DNA of 64,000 bases, taken from positions 930,001 through 994,000 of the forward strand of contig JAKMXF010000321.1 in NCBI GenBank assembly GCA_024704765.1, in the 5' to 3' direction. The position numbers and the translations under genes are program-made. The DNA comes from Oopsacas minuta. Its lineage: Eukaryota > Animalia > Porifera. Below the pieces are notes generated by a model. That model worked only from the letters and a program-made list of their open reading frames with translations, had not been told where the DNA came from and made no database searches. Below, in pieces: positions 55,001 through 64,000 of this stretch (position 1 is the first letter of the stretch; every line of letters begins with the position of its first letter).

Positions 55001-58000
55001 ATCCTCACACTCCTCACTAACCTCGCTAGCTTGAGGTATACATCTTGATTGATTGGGACACATGTCTACACAAAGAGAGTCTCCGCATATGACAAGATTA
55101 TCTGGTAAGCCATCTCCATCAGTATCGAAACTACAATTGCTACCATCTCCATACAGTCCTATGTTACAGGAGCAGGAAGAATCTATAGGAAGAACTAATG
55201 ATTATGTTTCGTGATAAGGAAATGAAATGAAGTACATGATACAAGGCAATTAGGGTACATTGAATTGAAGAATTCTTTTGACAGGTTGCGGAACCCTACG
55301 CTAAATCACATTTGTTATAGACTCCTTTATTATAATCGATAGTACCTCGTCAGTACGAACCAGGTACGGAGCAAAGTGCAAAGGGGCTTAAGCCCATTTT
55401 GTAATAGGGCATAAGTCTGGACTTGGACTTAAGCCTTTATTGATCAGCTTCAAACACTTTCCAAGCCTTTCAATCCTTTAAAAGCAATATATATACTTAT
55501 ATACCTGGTCATAATCAAAGTTCTTAGACTCTCTTGTCTTGTATATATGAATTACAAGTTATACTTCTTACATATAGTATATTCTAATATTGATGGCTTG
55601 CCCATTTCAAATATGGGCTTAAACAGGGTTTGTGTTGAGCTTAATCCTTTTGTACATGGGCTCGGGCTTACCTCCATGACTGACTGGACGGTCCCGCCCG
55701 GTCCGAAATTCGTATTTACAGATGTCATTTGAAAAATAATCTATTGAAGAGCCCCAAAATAGGTCCGTACAAACCAGAAATTCGTATCAATCATGTTCGT
55801 ACTAACGATGTTCTACTTAAATAGTATAACAGTGTGCCCTAGCACAGACACCTATACACGGACGTGACACTCTCACATCACGGTAAAATTCGTATAGGCC
55901 TGATTTGATCCACCATAACTTATGGTTTACTTGGAATTTTCCATGTTTTTTGTGTCTAAAGAAAATCTATTAGTAAATATCATCATGACTGACTCACAAC
56001 TGGCTCAATTTTTCGAGATAACTAACCAAAAGCCACGTAACAGCTCCAGTATTATGACAGAAGGCCATTAAATGGAATTTTGATGGACCATGGATAATAA
56101 AAGAAATAAAATTTCTGCAAAAATTAACCTGCACGTAGTGCGAGTAAATCCCGTCGCGTAGCCCAAAAGCATCGACTAGTGCAACTGTTTCTTACTTATG
56201 CTAAAAGAAGGGACAAAGCGCAAGGATATTTCCTCCCGTCCGCAGCGAACTGGCAAGCGTAGCGCGCTAGTAAGCCGATTAATTCGGAACAGCGTTAATC
56301 AGCCATCACCCATTTAAGATAATCAGTAATACTAAACTAAACTGGCCTTTACAAACAGACATAATAGTGATTTAGTCTTAGTTTCCCAAAGACAACGAGT
56401 CTCGGATTAAAGAGGTCACTGAACCTTCATAATCCGATATTTTTCGCTGTTCCAATGTGTGCCCGATTAGACAGGTAAGTGTAAATATACAGACATGATT
56501 TAGAGCTGTAGTACATGTATAATTAATATATACGACTACTTACTTTTACAATCACAAGCAGGTACTGTACACAAGACAGTATGTTGTAGTTCCTGGATGT
56601 ATCCATCAGGTGAAGTGATACAATCACATACAGTAGATTGAGTTATGAAATGAAGAGAAAAATCTGTAAGGCAAGCAGACAAGTTAGCTGAAAGATCTGG
56701 AGAGGGAAAACTGTTGATTTGATCAAAATTCACATTTGTTGCGTCAAACCAAATACTCAAAATATTAGAGTTTCGTTGCGTATGCAGAATGGGAATTCCT
56801 AATCCAGTTAGTAGACTTCTGGTATGATTAAGACATAGATAAGTATAATCGACAGTAGGATAGTAGAGAAGAGAGAATATCAGCTGAGAAGGAGTAATAA
56901 CTGCAGTGAATGATAGAATCTATATGTGGGAGGATATCAAATATAAGAAAATAGAATAAAGCAAATTATTGATTAAAGACACACCTTTGTTATGCTACCA
57001 AAAAATATACATTCATTGGTAATACCAGACCATTCTAAGTTAGATTCACAAGAGCGTTCCATCAACAACTGGTCAGGATCTTCTACATTCTCTGTAGCAT
57101 TATGCGGTCCAAATAGATCGGAGCAAGGGATAGATATAGTAGACCCATTACTACTCGAGTCCCAATACACACCCATCTCCAGTCTACCCTCACAAGCATT
57201 GTCTGCTGCAGGATAGTCTATACTGAATTCAGTTACTTCTACCAATTCAGTTACATTCACTCTTAACTCATATCTCCCATTCAGCTCACTACTCACATTC
57301 TTCCATTCAATGGAAAACAGATAACTGTTATAACTCATCCAATACTGACTGGGTAGAAAGATACAATCAACTACAATTGATACACCCTCCCAATCACTGA
57401 TATCTACTTCAATTAGTCCCACAGAGAAGAGAGAAACACTCACATTTGGACACACATCAGAACACAGACTAGCTTCTAGAGAACTAACAGCCGCTCCTAT
57501 CAACACTTGACTACTGTTTACAGTAGATGCTCTCACAAGTGATCGGGTATAAAGAGTTGGTAGATTTGAGTTCTGAATTATTACCAGCAGTCTCTCATAC
57601 AATTTTACTTTATCATCCTCTGTGTCTTCTATACTTAACAGCAAGTAGTGTAGGGTAGAATCTCTGTCAGCAGAAGGGAGAGAGAACTCAAGAGAGAAGG
57701 ACTCTAACATAGTGAAATTCATAACTGTATTATAACATTCCTGCCAGTCCACTTCACAACTTAGAACCGTCACCTGACAGTTGACAGATACAGACAGGTT
57801 GAGAGAGATCTGATCATCTACACTAGAGAGTAAGATAGACCTGTTGACTACTTCCTGTAGAGGAGATGCCTGTAGGACAGTAACGCCCATCTCTAGCTCT
57901 ACCGTGTTGGAGAGGTTGAGAGGACACGAGTAGAGAGAGGAAATACAACAAGAAGAGTCAGAGCAGTAGCTGTAGACAGCTGGGCACTGAAATATGTTAG

Positions 58001-59318
58001 AGGTACAACTGAATCCATCTGGTTCTAGATAGAATCCATTATCACAGGAGCAGTTGAATCCAGTAGGAGAGTTAGTGCAGGTGTGTTGACAGGGTTGAGA
58101 TGGAGAATTACAAGTAAAATTATTCGTATTGGGACAAATGTTTGCACTTGGTAGGTTGTGAATATAATTTGTGGTTGGAGCTGTAGTATTCACCAGGAAA
58201 GATTGGCAGATCGCGGTAGTATTTACAAAAGTCTTCAACACAGTTATATTATAACATAAAGATATGTTGCTAACTGGGATAGTATTGTTAATCACAGGAA
58301 CTGATATGTTAGAAGTATTCACTGTAGTATTTAACTTTGTGTTTTGTGGATTGGGTTGAGTTATATTCGTCATAGAGGTATTCGTTCCATTAGAGCAAAC
58401 TAGCACGTTTTGATAGGATTCATTGCTAGCCTGTTGAACTGGAGACAGAGTATTACCACTACAAGGCCACAGTACAGTTAGATTAAAGAAATATTCCGCA
58501 TATTCTAGCCAAAACATATTGCAATCACAAACAATTGGATTTGATTTTAAGCTTAATAGAATTAAATTGGGCATTTGTTGGAAAGATTGTGATGGTAAGC
58601 TACAGAGTACATTTCCTGCTAAATTGATTTGTTCTAAGTTAGAAATTCTCTGAAATAAGTCACAATTAATAGAAGCAATCTTATTATTCTGTAGGTTTAG
58701 ATACTGAAGTGATGTGAGATGAGAGAAAGCTGAAGAAGTGAGCAGAGAAGTGGCAGAGTCAGTCCAATCCAATCTTACCAACTCAGATAAACCAACAAAC
58801 AGATTATCTCCTATTATATCAATGCCCACTCTTTCAACTGTCAGCAGCTGTAATCTTGTTAAAGAAATAAAGCTATCATCTTCAAGATATTGTAGTTGTG
58901 TGTTGCTCAGAATGTACAATGAAATAAGATTAGAAAAGTAAGACAAGAATTCCTTCACTCCATTCGTGAATGGATTTTCACCTGACAATGTTAACGAGCT
59001 AATGTTTGAGTTAGAAGTGCTGGAGATGAGAGTTAAAGATTGAGGTTGGTAGAAATAAATGATAATATTATTCAATGAGAAGTTTCCTGGTGAGTTTATT
59101 GGTAGAGTAGCATATGGATAATTTGTTATAAATATTTTGAGAAATTGTATCCTAGTAGAAGTATCATGACAGGATTCTATCCAATTATCATTTAGCTCTG
59201 GACTATTAGAAGTTATGTAACACTGAGCTGTTGAATCTGTAATGCAATATATAGGACATTGAGAGAAACATAATTCCAGGTGAAATAACAGTATAGCGAT
59301 AGCTAATCCAGCATTCAT
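52085..59318 (-). CDS. Adhesion GPCR, about 1923 aa: signal-LRR-mucin-like stalk-EGF-beta domains-HRM-...-EGF/TSP3-like-HRM-GAIN/GPS-7TM-long tail
   Basis: Joins three track ORFs by GT-AG, phase-consistent splicing: 59318-56985, 56883-56544, 55182-52085 (5772 nt; the first junction has an alternative). LRRs with LRR-CT NPIVCDC, EGF CQHTCTNSPTGFNCSCDNGFYLEPDGFSC, HRM-like W/C motifs (ITWPCT...AYRQCFTDGTWGNPDTSSC), GPS THLTSFAAIL, and a secretin/adhesion-type 7TM (ITYIG, FNLTLSLL, FLWML, SAQGIIF). Confidence 0.9.
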
Positions 59319-60102
59319 CCTCCAGTTGGTTAGCCAGTAGCTATTAAACAAAGATAAATGAGGTTACGTTAAATATTTGGAAATCCATAAAATTCTCTTC
59401 TAAATATGTATTACGTACTTACTAGTTATGAATGTAATTTTCAAACCTTGTAACAATTACTTATATGTTAATTTTACCAAAGATTTTGGCTCAAACTTGA
59501 AAACTATGGCAAATAATCAACTCAGGGATTATTTACGTTCCAAGATCTCCAATTAATAACACATGCAAAAATGTATTCTGGGAATTCCAACTATCACATG
59601 TATCCTTTTGAGGCAATCAACCTCTTCCCACTGAATAGAATATGCAATACTGGAAATGAATCAATTTATAACATGTATAAATAAAGAAAACAGACGATAA
59701 ACCGTATATTCATATTAAATATGTAAGAAATATCAGGAAAATTGAGGGACCGCAGAGGTCGATGTAATAAATCGTGTTAACAGATCATTTAGAGGATTGA
59801 TATGTGTATAACTAGACTCAGCTAGCCTAGCAGCGTTGAACAAGGGGAACTCGATGGGGTTAGGATAAGTTTGAGAATGGAATGTGGTCACATTCTGCGT
59901 TGCTAGGGAAAAAACGATGAGTTCGAATATGGCGATATAAAGTCAGTTAGAGTGGATTTCTAATGTTAGTAGCAGGGGGATTGTTGGCGGTTTACTATGG
60001 ACAGCCGAAATGTAAACCGTTATAGCAGATTTTAGATATGCTACTCTACGAAGGATTGCGCTTCTAATGATAATTTTAACATGATCCTAAAGGCCTTTAC
60101 TG

Positions 60103-60624
60103 CAGAGCTGCAAATGGGTCACTCAACGTGACCCATCCTAAGTCGCAATAAATTTTCTAACAGAATACAGTTAAATAGATGTTCAAAGTTACGTAGCGAC
60201 ACCTAGGGATAGGTCGTGTATTGTGACGTAACAGTCCCATTATTTTTGTAGTGCAAAGTGTGACACAGGGAGGGGGATCAGATTTTCTGGAATTTAGCGT
60301 TACGTAACGTTTGAAGACCCTTCGCTAATATAAATTTGTGTCTCTTCTTCAATCATAACACATATAACTAAGCATAAATTATATTTCCAAATTTAGTATA
60401 GTGGAAGCCGCTTAATCGGGAATCGGTTAATTGAGACTCGCTTTTGTCAACGGAAGTTATCTAATAGTAGAAATTTACATGGTCAAACGGGATGGATGTC
60501 TGGATTATCGGGACAAAACCTTACTCCCGAGCTGTCCCGATTAAGCGGCTTCCACTGTATATGAGTAGAATTATTGATAGGTCATGAGTCATGACCCATA
60601 AAGCCTGACCCATTCGCAGCTCAG
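60103..60624. mobile_element. Non-autonomous hAT element containing a nested MITE
   Basis: TIR CAGAGCTGCAAATGGGTCA versus CTGAGCTGCGAATGGGTCA; perfect 8-bp TSD CTTTACTG (60095-60102 and 60625-60632). Confidence 0.85.
60399..60557. mobile_element. Tigger-like MITE (nested)
   Basis: 23-bp TIR (T/C)AGTGGAAGCCGCTTAATCGGGA (22/23), TA on both flanks. A solo left end is at about 36219. Confidence 0.85.
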
Positions 60625-61056
60625 CTTTACTGTAATATACAACATAGTTCGTATTTACTCAGTGGAACTTACATTTTAACTTGTTTGGGTAGGTAAAAAC
60701 AGTAAAGTCCAAACGACATCGTAGTGCTGCTAGACAGCAGTCCAAAATTATATTCACTTCTATTCGGGGAGTGGGCAGCTGATAAACTCGTGTGTTCTCA
60801 CAGGCTTGATGGCATGGTTCGTAGCCCATGGTTCTCGTGTTTGGATGCACCGCAAGAAATATTCTCATAGCGATCCAGGGTTCCCCCCGTCATGTTCATA
60901 AGGCGTATTATAATCTGATTCAAACCACGTAAGCAAGTTAAAATAGTTTATTACAAGTAAATAGCAAAAAGTAATACACCAGAAAAGTATCTACACAATC
61001 TCAATTTTTCAAACAACAATAAATGCGAAATTCCTATACAAGAGGATATTTCTCCT

Positions 61057-64000
61057 TCACTTGGGATTCAATCCTTTCTTCTTGAGTATTATTTCTCTCT
61101 TCCAGGCCGGCATAATGGCTAGTCTCTCCAGTTCATCTAGTTCAGCTTGTCTCTCAGCTCCAGCAGCAGCTCGTTCCCTCTCCTGCTCTTTAGCTTTCCT
61201 TTCTTTTAGATTCTTCATCCAGACAGGAGTGGAATCAGCTGATGTTGCAGGAGATTCATCTAGAACTTCTGTTGATTTGCTATGAATGGGCTTTTTCTGA
61301 TTACTCACTTGGTTAGTGATTAACCTACCCTGTCTGTTATACTTCCCCTTAGTGGTCTGAACAGTATCCAAGAGATCAGACATACTACCACTACGAGGCT
61401 TGGTTGCAATAAGCGGTGGTATCGAGGTTTTTCGTTCTGGTTCTGTTTCGCCAGACGTGAGTACACGATGGTCTCTAAATGACTTCTGATGAGTCTCTTC
61501 ACCTTTGCGCTGAGGCCCCGGACTGGGTTTCAGTCTAATTCCAGAGGAAATAGCAGCCATTAGGTCGCTCTGAGTATTAGATTTAGGTTTCTTAACTACG
61601 ACTGGAGTTTGTGAGGTTTTGAGTTTTGTATGAGCTGAGAGGAGCTCACTAGTGATACCTCCAGACCTGGGGAGGGAGGGACCAGTCTGATCACATATTA
61701 CAGTTGGTAGATTAGGAGGTGGTGCAGGTATTCTTGAATCTACGAGAGGAGCAGTCTCTGAGACGATAGACGTGTTGGTAGCGTCCATAACTAGCCCGAC
61801 TGGATTAAATGGATGGCCCGGAGGAGGAATGTAACCAACTGAGTCTCTCTTTGCCCGGAACACTCCCGATTGAGCAACAACCTCAGGGAGGTCAGCTGGG
61901 GGACGTGGGATAGTATTGCGTGAGGGAAAAGGGAAAACCATTTTAGGGGAATTGGAGGGTGGAGGAGCAATGGGGTAGGCAGAGGCAGGGGGTGGAGGGG
62001 CTACTATGTTGCTAGAGGGAGGCGGGGCTATTGGTACCATAGAGGAAGGAGGGGGTGGAGTAGGGAAGGAGATGGCTGGAGCAATAGGGAGAGAATCCAG
62101 AGCAGGAGGGAGATGGGAGTTCCTAGAGGGAGGAGGAGGCTGCACGAGCTGATCTGTTGTACTGTTAGGACGGCGTATATTAGATGCAGCCTGTATGTAG
62201 CGAGTGGGGAGAGTGCTGGTCTGAGCCTGCTGTATATATGGCAATGTAATCGAGTCATTATGTGGTAGAGTAGCTGCTCTGTCTGTAAACTCTGTTACTT
62301 TAGACTGCAGTGAGATCTCCTGCTGTTCTAATTTCTCCTGCATAGCTCTCAAGCTAGCTTCTCTCTCTTCTAACTCTAGTCTCTTCCTCTCTTCCTCCTC
62401 TTTCTCTGTCTCTTTTTGTTTCTCAATTTTATCTTCTTCCTGCTGTTTTAACTCCAGCTCCTTCTTCTTAGACTCCTCCTCTATTTTGTGTATCTCTTGT
62501 TCCTTAGCCAATATAGCTTCCTCTCTCTGCTTCACATCCTCTTCTTTCTGTTTGCTTTGCAAATCTCGCTCTATCGCCTCTTCCCTCTTAGTCTTGACAT
62601 CTTCCTCCATAGCAGCTAGCTTACGCTGCATCTCTTCCATCTCTTCTGCTTGTCTCTTCAATGCATCTTGCTGGTTGTGCATGAAGGAGCGCTGGGATTC
62701 TATCTCAGCCTCAATTTCCTTCCTCTTAAGCAACTGTTCATGTTGTTGTAACAACTTCTGCTTTTCTAGCACTCGCTTCGCTTCTTCGTTTTCTCTAGCT
62801 GCCTTATCTTCTAATTGTTTTATCAGATCTTGCTCTTTCTTTTCCAGTAAGATAATCCTTTGTTCAACTGATTTCATTTGTTCTTTCTTTTCTTTTAAGA
62901 CAGAAGGAGCAGTCTCTATCAGGATCTTCTCTTGTTGTTCTAAAGCGAATAACTGCTGTTCTAGATCAGAAGATCCGATATCCTTATTCTCATAGGTAGT
63001 TAGAACTGGTGAAGTAGGAATGTTAATCTCTCTCATTAGTTGTTGTTCTTCCGCTAATCTTACTCTCCTCTCTTCCTCTTCAAGCTCTTTCATATGCTCT
63101 ATCTTCTCCAATAATTTCTCTTCTTGTAATCGCATCAGTTGTTCCTCTCTCATTGCCTCTTCCAGGAGCTCTTTCTCCCCCTTAATACGATTTATTTCCA
63201 TTTGTTCCTGTTGAAAACGTTTCTGCTTGTCTTGTTGTAGCTGGGATAACAGCTGACTGAGAATACCGTCCTTTTGATTTAGAATAGTTACTAAATGTCC
63301 TGTATCTTCTCCAGCCTCCTGCTTCTTGCTAATTTCAAGCCTCTTCTCAATCAACTCTCCCTTCTTCTTCAGGAAGTTTGCTTCTTTAGTCAGATCTACG
63401 TCATTAGCCATTTTACTTCTCTGCTGGAGAATATTCTCATCTTCACTGATACAAATCTGTTGCTCTCTAATCCTTTTATTCCTCATAGCTTGTTCTGCCT
63501 TAACCTCTTGATATTGTTTCTCTAACAGAGATCTCTGTTGTTCATCTCTCACTTCTTTCAGGCCTCGCTTAATCCTAATACTCTTTTGTGTCCGTTTAAT
63601 TCTAACCTGAGTCATGTCCTGATCCATGCTTTGTGTATCTGCCAATAGATCTTGTAAGTCTAACCTCTTTAACTGATCTTCTTTGTCCTGTAGTAGATTT
63701 AGCTTTTGATCCAATGCTTTCAGTCTATTGTCTGCCTTAGCAAAGGATTGAGAGGGAATTTCGAGAGTAGGTGTAGTTCTGACTGGAAGAGGCGGAGGAT
63801 CGAGTAGATAGGAGTCAATACCGTCTGGAAGAGATGTGCCTGTTGCGAGAGCTTCTTGACACTCTAGGTCTCGGAGTTGTTCCGCTAGGGTATTATTCTG
63901 TGAGGAGGGAGGGGGGAGAGATTTAGTGATTGGATCAGATTGAACGGGCTCCTGTGGAAGGGGTAGAATTGGAGTTAGATCGAGTTCCTTAAGTTTCTGT
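61057..64000 (-). CDS. Coiled-coil, proline-rich, WH2-containing actin regulator with an espin-like C-terminus; 5' end outside the window
   Basis: The frame stays open from the TGA at 61057 to the window end (at least 981 codons), beyond the track's TTG at 63714. About 430 aa of E/K/Q coiled coil, multiple PPPP tracts, WH2-like SDLMAAISSGIRLKPSP, C-terminal ELERLAIMPAWKREIILKKKG. Confidence 0.85.
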   Translation of the reverse strand, partial: QKLKELDLTPILPLPQEPVQSDPITKSLPPPSSQNNTLAEQLRDLECQEALATGTSLPDGIDSYLLDPPPLPVRTTPTLEIPSQSFAKADNRLKALDQKLNLLQDKEDQLKRLDLQDLLADTQSMDQDMTQVRIKRTQKSIRIKRGLKEVRDEQQRSLLEKQYQEVKAEQAMRNKRIREQQICISEDENILQQRSKMANDVDLTKEANFLKKKGELIEKRLEISKKQEAGEDTGHLVTILNQKDGILSQLLSQLQQDKQKRFQQEQMEINRIKGEKELLEEAMREEQLMRLQEEKLLEKIEHMKELEEEERRVRLAEEQQLMREINIPTSPVLTTYENKDIGSSDLEQQLFALEQQEKILIETAPSVLKEKKEQMKSVEQRIILLEKKEQDLIKQLEDKAARENEEAKRVLEKQKLLQQHEQLLKRKEIEAEIESQRSFMHNQQDALKRQAEEMEEMQRKLAAMEEDVKTKREEAIERDLQSKQKEEDVKQREEAILAKEQEIHKIEEESKKKELELKQQEEDKIEKQKETEKEEEERKRLELEEREASLRAMQEKLEQQEISLQSKVTEFTDRAATLPHNDSITLPYIQQAQTSTLPTRYIQAASNIRRPNSTTDQLVQPPPPSRNSHLPPALDSLPIAPAISFPTPPPPSSMVPIAPPPSSNIVAPPPPASAYPIAPPPSNSPKMVFPFPSRNTIPRPPADLPEVVAQSGVFRAKRDSVGYIPPPGHPFNPVGLVMDATNTSIVSETAPLVDSRIPAPPPNLPTVICDQTGPSLPRSGGITSELLSAHTKLKTSQTPVVVKKPKSNTQSDLMAAISSGIRLKPSPGPQRKGEETHQKSFRDHRVLTSGETEPERKTSIPPLIATKPRSGSMSDLLDTVQTTKGKYNRQGRLITNQVSNQKKPIHSKSTEVLDESPATSADSTPVWMKNLKERKAKEQERERAAAGAERQAELDELERLAIMPAWKREIILKKKGLNPK

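Noticed and set aside
1-64000. tRNA, rRNA and snRNA genes; autonomous transposase or reverse transcriptase ORFs
   Set aside because: None recognised by eye; tRNAscan-SE, Infernal and tblastn would be needed to exclude them.

Overview
AT-rich eukaryotic (animal) genomic DNA. The metazoan gene set, very intron-poor conserved genes, and orphan 7TM and NHL paralogues suggest an early-branching animal, plausibly a glass sponge; this is inference only. Genes in order: intersectin-like EH-EH-coiled coil-SH3 gene (minus, runs off the left edge); GIMAP/AIG1 GTPase; a MITE-interrupted orphan 7TM pseudogene; an NHL-repeat pseudogene; an intact orphan 7TM gene; a 7-exon ankyrin-rich TRP channel (about 14 ankyrin repeats, 16508-27187); an intronless, probably GPI-anchored laccase-type multicopper oxidase; intronless VWA8; a second orphan 7TM gene; a 3-exon adhesion GPCR of about 1923 aa; and a coiled-coil/proline-rich/WH2 protein with an espin-like C-terminus (runs off the right edge). 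Intergenic and intronic DNA holds many short non-autonomous DNA transposons (TA, 6, 7 and 8 bp TSDs, some nested) and Helitron-like pieces; no autonomous transposase was seen. Most notable: (1) the adhesion GPCR combines a cysteine-free GPS motif that keeps H-L-T, a thrombospondin-like EGF/type-3 junction, and paxillin-LD-like helices plus a PDZ ligand in its tail; (2) a 324-bp tract is about 99% identical between two otherwise diverged 7TM genes 34 kb apart and covers their predicted intracellular loops 2 and 3; (3) the TRP channel has TRPA-like architecture with a TRPV5/6-like pore string; (4) an espin-like actin module sits on a long coiled coil. All alignments, splice models and counts were made by eye.
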